The notes below the pieces were generated by a model, which did not search any database, had not been told where the DNA came from, and saw only the letters and a list, made by a program, of their open reading frames with translations. From Octopus sinensis (Eukaryota): 64,000 bases of DNA. Positions 1-13,039 of this stretch are shown here, in pieces. The stretch covers positions 82,894,001 through 82,958,000 of the forward strand of contig NC_042998.1 in assembly GCF_006345805.1 (NCBI RefSeq), in the 5' to 3' direction. The first letter of the stretch is position 1. Every line of letters starts with the position of its first letter. Both the position numbers and the translations under genes were made by a program.

Positions 1-2
1 AT

Positions 3-46
<44 letters not shown>

Positions 47-81
47 CACACACACACACACCACACACACACACACACACA
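1..81. repeat. (TA)n/(CA)n microsatellite
   Basis: Direct. Similar TA/CA/TACA tracts at ~550-715, 3665-3820, 21420-21470, 23380-23730, 39840-40490, 51545-51810. Confidence 0.95.
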
Positions 82-618
82 CAAGATATGGAATTTATAC
101 AGGTAAGCAGCAAATGCTATGTCACCTGCTGGCTAGTCTTTTAACTGTTAACAACATATATGAAATGAAATGTCTTCAATCAGAAACTGGTACTGGATCT
201 TACACTTCACTTGAGAGAAATTTATTTCTATGCTACAATACTTTTCCAATTATCTCAGCACTGCACAGTCTTGCTTCACAACTTTTTTTTTCTTTTTTAT
301 CATTTACCTTGTTGTCATTGTTACTGTTGTTTATTCATGGGTCAGATTTGATTGAGCAGACTAAGACCATCTCTTTCTGTTTTCAAGCATAATGTAACTA
401 GAACTATGAATTACATAATTCAGTGTGATGTCCTCTTCTAAGATGGTACAGAATGATCTGCAGTAGATTTGGCAGGTATTTTTCACAGAGTATATGACCA
501 TGTGGAGGTTACTCCATTGGGTCATTACCAATCAATAATATTAAAGGTATATATATGTGTGTGTATACATACACATACATATACATACATACATACATAT
601 ATATATATATTATATATG

Positions 619-650
<32 letters not shown>

Positions 651-657
651 ATATATA

Positions 658-712
<55 letters not shown>

Positions 713-715
713 ATA

Positions 716-1265
716 TGGTGGCTGCCCCCTCGTTATTGAGTATGGCCATTGCACGAAGCTTAATCAATGTTGTTATTGTGCAATGCCTGTGCAAGAAGAT
801 GTTTTTTATAGTGAGGAAAGGCTATGCACTGTGTCAATCCCACTCACTAAGCAACAGCAGCCATAATCCGAAAAGAAGAACAAGTCAACATCATCGGTAA
901 CCACTGAGCCGCAGGTTTTATGTTGGAGTTATCCCAGTTACCTGAGTTGCCTTCTCCTAGAAGGATGCCCTAACAAAGGCTAGGAGCCCTTCATTCCCAA
1001 TGGTTTAACAGCGCGATCGGGTATTCAATCCGATTATTTCTATGTCCCCATGCATGAAACAGCCTTAAGACATTTATTGGATGGCCGTTGACTCTCAAGA
1101 ATTCCTCCGCCCTTTGACGGGTTTTGTTTTTCATCCCGCAGGGTGCCCAATAAACACCCTCCTCACCAAGCAAGCTTGGTGGGGTTGCCAGTTTAGTCGC
1201 CAACGACCCAACCATGCAACAGGTTGTACTGGGTTACATGTTACCAGTAGCATTCGAAAGTGACT
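716..1265 (-). mobile_element. Non-autonomous, probably RTE-derived retroposon within (TA)n
   Basis: GC-richer island with TA repeats on both sides; minus strand has GGGCATCCTTCTAGGAGAAGGCAACTC, resembling RTE 5'UTR motifs; no ORF. Confidence 0.4.
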
Positions 1266-1343
1266 TGACATAAATATATATAGAGATATATATATACATA
1301 CATATATATATATATATACATGCATACGTATATATACATATAC

Positions 1344-1391
<48 letters not shown>

Positions 1392-1918
1392 GAAAATATT
1401 TTTGTGGGGAAAGAGAAAAAATGTAAAACCACAGAAGATTTGTTTTGCAGGATTTAAGAGTATATTAGAGCCATGATAATAAAGATATACAATTTTGTAC
1501 AAAATAAGGTTTTGTTCTTTCAACATAATTGATGTAAGGAGCAGTTTCACATTGCTCATCAAGCTGAGAGTTGAAGAACATTTATCTTTTAGCTCTCAGT
1601 TTGATGAGCAATATAAAACCAGTTTCCTTGTATGTCTCCACTGTCCTGTTTTTTTTCCCAACTTTGACCCTCCATAAATCCCAAATTTTATTTTGGTACT
1701 TATGGGAGCAACTGTCTTCGAAGACTCATATTGTCATTCAATGCTCGAAATGAGGAATAGATAGACAGCCGACAACTGTTGAAGGGTTATTCTTTATGTT
1801 ACTTGTCCTGTTTTTCTTTTGTTTCTCTCGTTGTTTGCATATTGAACTTATTTGTTTTCGTATTTCATGTTGTTTACTGTTGGTGACATCCTGTACCCAT
1901 ATATGCATGTATATATAG

Positions 1919-2345
1919 CTTATATATAAAAAGGCAAGTTGTCTGTCTGTCTCTGTGTGTGTTGTATGAACCACTTCTACTCCTACAATTTTCAACCGAA
2001 TTTTGCCAAATTTGACATGTGTGCTCTCTTTGACTTAGGATGCTTTTTCTTATAATTTTTTCCTCAAAATTCTGCACCCCCAATATAAATAGACTACTCT
2101 CAATTCGCCTAGGATATGAACCCACGACGTCTATGCAATGGTAAGCGTTTGATCTTATATATTAAAAGGCAAGTTGTCTGTCTGTCTGTGTGTGTGTTAC
2201 TACTTCTACTCTTACAATTTGCAACTGAATTTCACCAAATTTGACATGTGAACTCTCTTTAACTTAGGACGCTTTTTCTTATAAATTTTTCCTTGCAATT
2301 CCATGCCCCCAACATAAATGGACTACTCTTTATTCACCTAGGATT
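1919..2345 (+). repeat. Tandem pair of Helitron-like 5' ends (~200 bp units at 1919 and 2153)
   Basis: Both begin CTTATATAT(A/T)AAAAGGCAAGTTGTCTGTCTGTC and align for ~200 bp; the second starts A|TC as expected for a Helitron. Confidence 0.7.
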
Positions 2346-3170
2346 TGACTTGAGCCAGCGAAAAAACCTGACACACACACAGCTGGTAAAAATCAATACT
2401 TTACTTTGTCAGCTGTGGTGAGCTCTTATCAACTGCTTGCCCAGTACTGCCAGCAGTATTCATTTGCAAGTTACGATTTGCTTCCGTTTTCGCATGAGCA
2501 CTCTTTTTCATATAATTATTCCAATTTAAACTAACCACTTCAAAACTCTTACCCAAATTTAAAAATCTTTAATTCGGTCTGTTTCATTAACATTTTTGAC
2601 AACTACATTTTATTATTTCTTGGGTGCTACACATTCACCGCTTTTTCCTTAGGAATTTTTCTATTGCATAAACTGATAATTTTCCATCATGCCTTGATGC
2701 AAAAGATCCAATATAGGTCGGCAAACAAATGTTCTAAAGAAAAGTAAATGTATGCACACAAATGAATCTTCTGAGGACGCTGCCAGGAGGAACTCTCACA
2801 ATGCACTTAGGATGGCTTCAGCATGAAGAAAGGAAAGTGAAGAGCAGCATTGTGATCGGTTAGCACATATTGCTGCACAAAAGCCACCCAGAGCAACGAG
2901 CAACATTCAGCACACTGAACAAGAAATGCTTTCTCTACTGCTGCTGCACGAGATTCAGAGACTGCAGCACAATGCGTAGATCAACTTACAAGAGATGCTT
3001 CCTCAACTGCTGCTGCATGAGCTGCAGAGACTGCAGCACAACATGCAGATCGACTTACAAGAGATGCTGCAGCAACTGCTGCTGTGCGTGCTACAGAGAC
3101 TACAGGGGAAAGACAACAACGGATGTTGCTCTATGCGACAAACAAAAAACATCATGTAACCATACCCTCG
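2153..3170 (+). mobile_element. Degenerate Helitron 5' portion with decayed N-terminal ORF
   Basis: From 2689: MP*CKRSNIGRQTN...NESSEDAARRNSHNALRMASA*RKESEEQHCDRLAH, like Helitron RepHel N-termini (MPRxRRSNIGRR, STPR-like repeats); stops fit CGA>TGA decay. Confidence 0.65.
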
Positions 3171-3694
3171 TCACCTTATTTATTTCATGAGCATAATCTT
3201 CACAGTATGCTCTCTGTTAAGTGCCCCCAATTGTGAGGTAGGCAATAGATACATTTTTCATCTTTTTTGCACAGGCCACACGTCAAATTTTTTGTTCAGA
3301 TAATGTTGTATGTGCAACCCAGCAAAACAGCAGGAAAACATACTATTTCTCTTTATGTTATATCTTTAGGCTCAACCTTTCCATCTGCTAAACAGCACAT
3401 GTCAGCAGTTATGTGGTAAGGAAAATAAACTCAATTACTGCTGGCTTTTACAGATTGATATACTGTCCCAATGGAAAACAATGACAATGGTATGGGCATA
3501 TGACTCTGCATGTTCACTATTGTGCTAAATAAATCAAACAATGCAGAGAACATCTGCCATTATGATTTCTTTCATTCAGTTTAGAGGTGCATCTGTAAAT
3601 GGTCTAATAACCAAATACACATACTTAACAAACAGCCCTGGGCAATGCCAGGTATACCTGCTAGTATATATATATATATATGTATGTATGTATG

Positions 3695-3756
<62 letters not shown>

Positions 3757-4949
3757 TATACATATATATATATGCATATACATATATATATTATTTATAT
3801 TATTATTATATATATATACTAAATTACTGGTATGTTTTGTTTCTCAATGAAAGACTTCACTAAACACACCAGCCACATAATATTCAAACTACCTGCAAAG
3901 TAAGATGCAAAGCTACTTAATATACTCCAAGCAATTTTCAAAATATGCAGTATATAAGAGCGTTGTTTGTTTTTCTTTTCATGAACATATTGTGTACATA
4001 AATGGAAGTTTACATCAGTTTTCCCATATAGTGTTGGATATAAAAAAAAATCTCTAGATATGTTCTATGGTGCATTCTATCAGGCATATCATCATCACCA
4101 TTGTCATCATTTTATGTCCATTTTCTCTTCTGCATTTGTTGGGTGTTTTGATGTATTGGAGAACCACCTCTAATGTCTCAGTTCTGGCATGATTTTTACA
4201 GTCAGATGCACTTCATAACACCAATCACTTTACATAGTATACTGGTTGCATTTTTCTTTGCACTAATGCTATTGCAGTTGCCTTGCCATTAGCAAACTAA
4301 AGTGCCCTGTCAGATGTGTATGAGTGAGTGTGGGGGGTAGTTGTACATACACTACACTTATAGTCACTCCTACACAAAGTCACACCTTTGAATTTGTGTA
4401 TTCCTTCTTATTTTATCAATGACTGTCAGTCATTGACCACCAAATCCTATACATTTGCATACAGATTATACATTCCAACATTGGTCTATATTCTTTACAT
4501 CAGTTAATCTGCCCACTACCTCAACAGTTACTTCACAGAACATTTATTACCAATATCTAGCGGGGATTTCTTTTATCTAGCTGTATTAGTACAACTATTT
4601 GCTAATGTTCTACAGTACCCAATGTAAATCCCAAAATGATTTCACGGGATTTTATTCAACTCTCTGTAGAAGATCAGATAATGCTTTTATATAATAGGGT
4701 GACATTCTGTTGGAGGTAACATTTGTAATTGTAGAGGATCAGTTAACTGTTGTGACTGTTAAATATATTTCTATTCTACAAATGTAGCACTGAATAAAGC
4801 AATGGCTTTACTGAAGAGCTTAGTATATGTCAAACACTAATGATTCAAGATAAAAGAGTAGAAAATGTGGCATTTTATAGCATAATCTTGCCTTTTTCTC
4901 ACTATAAAAATTAACGTAGCCAGGGAGGATGAATAAAAGGTAATACTCC

Positions 4950-5345
4950 TTCCTGAGTCATAAGACCAGATTTTTGAGTTCTGACAGGACATCAGTCCAT
5001 CTCAGGACTGCTCCTCTTTGCCAGCTGAGTGGACTGGAGCAGTGTGAAATGAAGTGTTTTGCTCAAGAACACATCACCCAGTTCAGGAACTGGAACCACA
5101 ATCTTACAATCAAGAGCCAAACACCTTAACCACTAAACCACATGCCCCCCACACACACAAAATAAAGTTACCTTCATGCGTCATACTGACTCATAAGGGC
5201 CAGTTTCCTGTTTTCATGGCATATATGTATTCCCCATCTGGACAGGACACCAGTCTGTCAAAGGGTTGCTCCCTTTTGCCAGCTGAATGGACTGGAGCAA
5301 CGTGAAATGAAGTGTTTTGTAGAAGAACACAATGCACTGACTGGT
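4950..5345 (-). mobile_element. Two tRNA-derived SINE copies (V/CORE-like family)
   Basis: Shared GCCAGCTGAGTGGACTGGAGCAACGTGAAATGAAGTGTTTTG block, also at 41862-42112. Confidence 0.75.
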
Positions 5346-5871
5346 CCCTTCAAGCTAATTTCCCACTGCCATTTCTGGCATGCTACAGGTTATCATAAAA
5401 TAATAAACAGGAGCCACAATAAAGTAAGCCAACTCTACTCAATTTGGCCGCTTGTATTAGAAGCACTACACTAAAAGGATTACTGACAATAAGAACCACA
5501 ATTCAAATCCTGTACCTACCTTTGTGATAACCCTAGCAACTGTTCACTTCATGTGCTTTACTGAGCTGCATTCACTTATGCAACAACCCTTCACTGAAGT
5601 TTTACCTTGGACTCGCCAAGGTTGAATTTAATAATAACTCTCTCAAAAAAAAACTTCCTTCGGAATGTTCAAAGCAAGAAACTCAGAGTAAAGATTAATG
5701 AAACTCTCAGTTTTAAATAGGATACGACTCTTCATTTTTTTATTGACTTCTGTTCTTTTTGTTACTGTACATGCTACTGTGTGTGACATAACATACTAAT
5801 CACATGTGTGCACACACACAAACACACACATATATAAAGTTTGATAAAATTTTTTTACGTATGTCACGCAT

Positions 5872-6081
<210 letters not shown>

Positions 6082-6163
6082 GCCTGATGTGTGTAGAAAA
6101 TTTTTATCAAAACTTTTCACTATATATATATATATTATATATATATACATATATATACATACA

Positions 6164-6195
<32 letters not shown>

Positions 6196-6219
6196 CACAT
6201 ATACATATACATATACATA

Positions 6220-7105
6220 CAGGGTGCAATGGGTAAATTTTTGCCATGTTATATATTTTATTTTACACATGTGCATTGTTTGCTTTTGATTTTGTTGACT
6301 ACACAGTATAGTAGGGTCAGTTGCACACCATCTGTGAGAAAAACTGCACCATGACACAATTCACTCTGCCAGAAATTTAGAAACGACATGCTGTTCTGCT
6401 TGGCATTTGTGCTGGAAGCTCTAAGACGAACATTTCAGAGTATTTGGGTGTCAATCTGAGGACAGTACAATCTGAGGACATGTACCAAGAGTGATAAAAA
6501 TCAAACATCCAGTCAACATCATGGTATTTGGAGTGATCACTAGTAATGGCGACATTATGCCTCCATTCATCTTCCCACATGGCCTCACACTCAACATGGA
6601 GGCCTACATCAAGTGCATGGAGGAGGTAGTGCTGTTCTGGGTCAAGAAGGTGGCTGCTGGAAGACAGTATGTCTGGCAACAGGACTTTGCACCATGCAAC
6701 ACTAGCAGGAGAACCCAGTCATGGCTGTCAGACAATTTCTGCAATCACACTCCTAATATCTGGCCACCTAACTCCCCAGACTGCAACCCCCTTGATTATT
6801 ATGTGTGAGCTGCAGTTGTGCAAGAGACCAACAAAACACCTTGTAACACCAAAGATGAACTGAAGGCAAGGATTATGGCAGCATTCACCAAGTTAAACAA
6901 GGAAACTGTCTAGAAGAGTTGCAGGAGATTCTGAAGTCATCTAGAAGCCATGGTTGTAGCCAATGGCGATTTTATTGAATAAATTTACTCTTTAATATTT
7001 CAAGATATTTATATGTAATTTTGGTAAATATGTCTGTTAAAATGAGATGTCAATTTTATTTTCATTTTTGCATAATTTAGATGACAATTTATTCACCGCA
7101 CCCTG
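6220..7105 (+). mobile_element. Internally deleted Tc1/mariner-superfamily element, maT (DD37D)-like
   Basis: TIRs CAGGGTGC...GCACCCTG with TA on both sides; ORF 6491-6808 has QQD...WPPNSPDCNPLDY (36 residues between the last two catalytic D here); N-terminal half missing, in-frame stops. Confidence 0.9.
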
Positions 7106-8279
7106 TATATATACATGTGTGTATATAAATATACATTATATATATATATATATATATGCATTATATGCATACACACAAACATGTAAGCATACAAAAGTGA
7201 ATCCCAGAGACATGTGAGGATTTATATAAAACTGATGAACATTACACGTGAATGTGAAATTGTGTACAGCTACAAGTATTTATTCGCTTTCATGTTTACA
7301 CACAACTAACTCCTATTTACCATAAACAACAAATAAATACACAACTAAATATTATTAACCAGCCTCAAAGTAATTACTCAATTAGATTGAATTGTGAAAA
7401 ATACGGATATTGGGATTCTGTTGTTCATGCCTAAGCACAACACAAATTTTTCTATATACAGTGAGTCAAAAGCCAGAATTTTATATTAAACTTTTGTGGA
7501 GTTTTTTTTTTTTTTGTAATAAGAGCAATGAGAATTGATATTACTACATATTTGGCAGTGGTAATAATATTACTCATAATATTTACTGCTTGTGGGTCTA
7601 TTTCAACTCACGAACAACAATATTATATTTCTTATAAAAAATGCTTTCACGCTGTTAATAACTGGTTATATCTTACATTCTTTCATAAGTTCTTTTGACT
7701 TTTGTTTTTGTTTACTGGGTTTGTGAAGCAGTGGATTTATACCAGTTCATTGATTCAGCTCTTTGACCATACCAGAGTTGGCAAGTATCAGTTCTCAGTT
7801 TTTGTATTTATGCCAAATTTAGCTCAGCTTTTTATTTTTCTACAATTCATAAAAATGGCTTCTGAGAATAACAGGAATAAGCGATCAACAATGAGCAATG
7901 GATAAAATAAATATCTGCCAAGATTTGGGGATTGCTTGTTCAGTTACTTAGTTTTTGTTGTTTTTTGTAAATTGTCAGCATGGAAGTAATTAATGAATTT
8001 TTTTATTTTTATTTTGAAATTCTAAAATGTTATTTGTTAGAAACCCACACAGCTACATTCCTCCTTCATATGCCATCATATTTCTCATTCTGTACACAGT
8101 AGCATTGTTGTTGTTTAGCCCCAGGTCAACCATCATGAAGCAGATATGTGATCAAAAGTGTTCCAGCTGAAATCCCATCACACCTTCATTATTTATATCT
8201 ATCTATTTATCCATATATATGTGTGTGTGTGAGTGTGCATGTGTATTTATATATATATATATAAATATATATATATATA

Positions 8280-8780
8280 AACCCCAAAAAGAACAAACCC
8301 AAAGAAACAGCAATGTAAGGACGTGGTACATGTAATATATTAGCAGATGCTCAGGAAAGGAAAGATATATATATATATATCACATGACCGACTCCTTCAC
8401 CTGTACTTCTACCTGTATCATCTACTGCATCTCCTGTTCTCTTTGCCCTTCTCTATACATCAGGCAAATGGGACGCCACTTGGCTGACTGGTTCGCAGAA
8501 CACTTCCAAGACATCCGACTCAGCAATGGCACTTCGGTCTTGTGCCATTTCTACTCTACCAGTCACTCTTTACATCACCTGTCCGTGTTCAGATTGTCCT
8601 TGCACAGGGGCCATCCGGACTCCCGTTTGTGCCACAAACAGGGATTAATCTTCTCTCTTCGCTCCTTTGTGCCACATGGGTTCAACTCTAATCCCCTCGC
8701 CTCTCTTCCCTCACACCTACTTCCTCCCACCCACCTCTCCTCTCTTGCATCGACTTCTACTTGTATTCACTCCTACTCTC
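8280..8780 (+). mobile_element. Penelope-like element fragment (GIY-YIG endonuclease)
   Basis: ORF 8384: FTCTSTCIIYCISCSLCPSLYIRQMGRHLADWFAEH...HF, a Penelope GIY-YIG domain; preceded by a short inverted pLTR-like piece in TA repeats. Confidence 0.85.
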
Positions 8781-8804
8781 CTTCTCTCTTCTGTGGTGGT
8801 GACT

Positions 8805-8970
8805 ATGATAGAAGGTAAACAGCAAAATATTTTGTGCAATAGCATTAGGAAGGGTATCAAGCCATAGAAATATTGCCAATGTAGACAATGGAGTTTGGTA
8901 CAGGCCACTGGCTTGCCTGTTCCTTTCAAATTATCCAACTTACACCAGCATATGGAAAATGTGCTTTGAA
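8805..8970 (+). mobile_element. RTE 3'-end derived repeat
   Basis: GCATTAGGAAGGGTATC...CCAGCATATGGAAAA matches the 3' ends of the RTE fragments in this window. Confidence 0.7.
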
Positions 8971-9002
8971 TAATGAAGAATAATAATTATAATAACAATA
9001 AT

Positions 9003-9165
9003 AGTGTAGTATCTGTTCTTACCAGCCTTATATCTGATACGGTTCGTATTTGGGGCCATCAATATTAAACTGATTTTTTTGAATAAGGTGAAGAGTTAGA
9101 GGCTTCCTCTACCTTTGCCATGGGTTGACCTGGTATTGCAGTACTTCCAGGATTCAGCCCATCTC
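9003..9165 (+). pseudogene. U2: 5'-truncated U2 snRNA-derived sequence
   Basis: AGTGTAGTATCTGTTCTT (branch-point recognition region), ATATCTGATACG, Sm-like ATTTTTTTG and stem-loop IV CCTGGTATTGCAGTACTTCCAGG, all colinear with U2; first ~29 nt absent. Confidence 0.93.
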
Positions 9166-9269
9166 CCACCTAGAAGATATTGAGAGAAAATGCCCTGATA
9201 GAGCGCTGGCTCTCATGGTTTTTAATCAGTGGTGATCGGAGCGCTGGGCTCAATCCTATTGAAACTTCG

Positions 9270-9413
9270 AGGCTTCTTAAGGCAACTGGAAATCCCATGC
9301 ATGTCTTGCAAAAAGCAACCTTATTGGGCACAGCAGACATCTTAAGGAAAGTATTATCTGTCTAAGGTCCTTGTTGTGACTTGACAGATGACTGAAGACA
9401 CTGTGTAATGAAG
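9270..9413 (+). mobile_element. 3' end of an R4/Dong-clade non-LTR retrotransposon with (TAA)n tail
   Basis: Encodes LQKATLLGTADILRKVLSV* (stop 9363-9365), the typical R4/Dong/Rex6 C-terminus; short 3'UTR, then TAA repeats. Confidence 0.85.
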
Positions 9414-9435
9414 TAATAATAATAATAATAATAAT

Positions 9436-9967
9436 GCAGTACCAGGCAGTGGCTCTCATGGCTTCTCATCTTAACTGATTGGAAGTGTTATCATGTACAT
9501 TGTTTTGTTTTGGGTATAAAAAATAGGCTACAGCAAATATTCTGCTCAATAGCACAGATTTGCTTGTCAGTTGTTTGGCCTTAACCAGCTGAGCATGTCC
9601 CTTAGTGGTTGATGATATGTATATCTCTATCATGAGTAGAAGTAGTGGGGGAGCGTCATAGTCATGTGTTGGGAGGAATTCTTTGGGGTGTGGATAATTC
9701 ACCTCTGGAAACATGGGTGTTTCGTTCAGCATCCTTAAACAACCCTTATTTAGGGACCTTTTGAGCAGGATGGGCTACTTCACCTGAAGAAAATTCTAGA
9801 TGAGCCCCACCTGCAAAGTCATGAGCCATCTTGATACATCATGCACATAGGGTTGTGATGTATGTGCCTGGTGTACCCTTCTCAGATGGGTAGTCATGAT
9901 GGGTATACTGGGTTTCATATATTTTACCCCAGTGTCACTTTGATGTCATTCACTGCTCTCTCACCCA
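9436..9967. mobile_element. Non-coding interspersed element flanked by (TAA)n
   Basis: ~530 bp island bounded by AAT repeats; shares TGGCTCTCATGG with the U2-headed element. Confidence 0.6.
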
Positions 9968-9992
9968 ATAATGATGATGATGATAATAATAA

Positions 9993-10066
9993 TAGCACAT
10001 ACCCAAGGCACACAGAGCTGCGCTCGGTAGTGAAGTGAAAGCACGCTATAAAAATAAAACTACTGA
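9993..10066 (+). mobile_element. Short 3'-terminal LINE-like fragment in (TAA)n
   Basis: ~75 bp island with AATAAA followed by a long AAT tract; AAT also upstream. Confidence 0.5.
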
Positions 10067-10098
<32 letters not shown>

Positions 10099-10114
10099 GA
10101 TAATAATAATAACG

Positions 10115-10155
<41 letters not shown>

Positions 10156-10171
10156 GATAATAATAATAACG

Positions 10172-10216
<45 letters not shown>

Positions 10217-10489
10217 CAACAGTAGTAGCAGCAGCAGCTGCAGTGACGATGACGATGACGATGCTGATGCTGATGATGATGATGATGATTGACAATGATG
10301 ATGATGATTGATGATGATGATGATGACAACAGTGATTATGATGATGATGATGATGACGGTGGTGATTATGTTGCCATTAGTGCATTGATTATCTCAATTC
10401 AAATACCAGTTGTAATGGTTTTATCTTTCTTCTCACTAGCTTTGATGAAATCACTACCAGCTATATATATATATATATATATATATATA

Positions 10490-10820
10490 CCAGCGTCGCC
10501 TTACTGGCACTTCTGCCAGTGGCATGTGAAAATACATTTGAGCGAGGTCATTGCCAGTGCCACTGGCTCCTGTAGAGGTAGCATGTAAAAAACACCATTT
10601 GAGCGTGGCCATTGCCAGTACAGTCTGACTGGCCCTTGTGCCATTGACGCATAAAAGCACCCACTACACTCTCAAAATGGTTGACGTTAGGAAGGGCATC
10701 CAGCTGTAGAAACTCTGCCAGATCAGATTGGAGCCTGGTGCAGCCATCTAGTTTGCCAGTCCTCAGTCAAATTGTCCAACCCATGCTAGCATGGAAAGCG
10801 GACGATGATGATGATGATGA
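10490..10820 (+). mobile_element. RTE 3'-end derived repeat with (GAT)n tail
   Basis: AAAAGCACCCACTACACTCTC...GTTAGGAAGGGCATCCAGCTGTAGAAAC...CCATGCTAGCATGGAAAGCGGACGATGATG. Confidence 0.85.
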
Positions 10821-11931
10821 TATATAAATATATATATATATATATCCTGTATACTGTGAAGGTATTGCAGAACAAACTTTGCCCAAAGACACTGCAATAC
10901 TGTTGTAGTAACTATGATAAAACCTGTATTTACAATGGAGTAATGACAATGATGATAATGAATAGGAAGAGGAGAGGGAGAAGGGAACCGGCAGGAGCAG
11001 GATCAAGAGGAAGTGGAAAGGTGATGAGGAAGATGAAGATTCTGTGTTATTCGCTACAAATCAATAGAAGGAAAGATAATGTGTAATACACAGCATATAT
11101 ATATATATTTATATCCATCCCAATTTCCTTTGATAAAGAGTGTCTTCAGAAAGGTTTATTCCAAAGTCAGATCGTATATAATGGCTGTGGGAAACAACAG
11201 TAGGTGTCAATATCGGGAGTTTCTTGATGATATCTATAGTAATTGGAGATCTTTTATTTACAATACAAATGGGTTTTTCTTCACCAAACATTCATTAACT
11301 TTCATTCTGTGAAAACAATTTCAAACTACAAAATAAATAGACAAAAACCACAACCAACATATATACCAATGCACAAATGGCATCAATTTAGGAAGGGAAT
11401 TTCTTAACTGGCAACAATATGTGTTAAAATTTGGAAGGAATTAATGTGTTTCTGTGAACAAATGTTACCGTTTTGATTGGCTATTGCTTAGAGGCCAATA
11501 AAATTATCTGTCCAAATTGATGCTTGTTTGTATACCATGCAATGTGTGTGTGTATAGATGAATGTGTGTGAATGTACATGTGGGGGTGGGTGGATTTTTA
11601 TCCATCCAACAAGGAGTGACATCCGCACAAGTAGAAACAACATAGATGTTGTTGTTAATGATGTATTCAATTTGTTGTTTTTGTTCTTGTTGCCAACTTC
11701 TTTCCATATAACAAGAACTTATCTATAAAAGATTTGACCTCAATATTGCATGCCAACAAAATATAATTTAAACAGCCTCTCAAAACTCCTTTTACTAACA
11801 AAATTAGCACTAACTCTGAACCACTTCTCTTTCAAATCAGCACGAGAGGATTCATGACTAGATCTGGCTATAAATACATCAACATATTAATTTTCGACAG
11901 ATTCTTAAAGCCAGTCTTTAACTCTATAACC

Positions 11932-12665
11932 CAGAGGTGCCAAACATATTTGGCTTTTCAGGCTGGACTGAAGCATAAACTAGATCTCAGGAGCAGGACA
12001 GCGGAAGTTATTCCTAAAAACCCAATTCATAATGTAGGCTAAAATACATGGATAAAGGGGTTATGTTTTATAAAAAAAAAAAGTGGGGAGGAAGAATGTG
12101 AAATGTTAGCAAAAGTTGCATGTAGAGATATGTGAGAAAAATTCATCTACACAGTATACGTATGGTCCTATTAAGTAAATATCTTTTGAATGAGAATGGA
12201 GATAGAAAGTGTTCAACAGAATGCATATAGTTCTAAATAAAATGTCAATGCATGATAAAAAGCTTGCACTGTTTCAACCACTAAATCTTTCTGGACCATT
12301 CATATCACTAGAACCCATTTGAATGAACATGTGCTTAAATTTGAAAAAAAAAAAACTTCATTTCTAGTTCCATGTGAAAGTAAAGAGAAAACAGCTCATA
12401 ACTATTAGTATGTGAAGTGATAGTCTTCTTTTTCATTTGTTGAAATGACAAAAATTTCTCTATGGTGAACTGATTTGAGTAACTGGAATCAGTGTTGATC
12501 ATGGTTTAAGTTGAGCTCTGATTGTGAACACATGCTAACGCTAGATATGTTTTACAGATTATTTTTAAATTGAAAAGATTCTTTTTTTCTAAAATTGCAA
12601 CAGAGCTGGATTAAACGTTGACACAAGATGTATTCGGCTTGCAGGTTATATGTTTGACACTCTTG
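11932..12665. mobile_element. Old non-autonomous hAT-like element
   Basis: Imperfect TIRs CAGAGGTGCCAAACATA / TATGTTTGACACTCTTG; decayed 8-bp TSD CTATAACC vs CTATAGAT. Confidence 0.5.
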
Positions 12666-12945
12666 CTATAGATTGATGGCTCCATCAGACAATCTAATCC
12701 AGACAAACATTTTCTTTCACTGTCCTTGTGTGCAACATTTACTCTGCTCTGAAATTTACTTCTATCGTGAACACCTCCATATAATTTTTCTTTCCTTAGA
12801 AATGTCCTCATCAAAAGTACGACTCTATAATTTCCTCAGTGTACGATAAAACTACTGATGCCTACATCTAATTCAATAGTCCTTTTTATCCCTAACCTAT
12901 TAAAGCTTACCCTAAGTTTAACTTCCGACATAGATAGATAGATAA

Positions 12946-13026
<81 letters not shown>

Positions 13027-13039
13027 AGATAGATAGATA

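Noticed and set aside
9003-9165. Functional U2 gene, or a U2 disrupted by Utopia/Keno
   Set aside because: The 5' stem-loop and promoter are absent, upstream is an AAT tract, and the LINE piece lies 3' of U2 rather than at the U2 5'-region target site.
11079-11312. Overlapping short ORFs in unique sequence
   Set aside because: No recognisable motif; the nearby acceptor leads to early stops in all frames.
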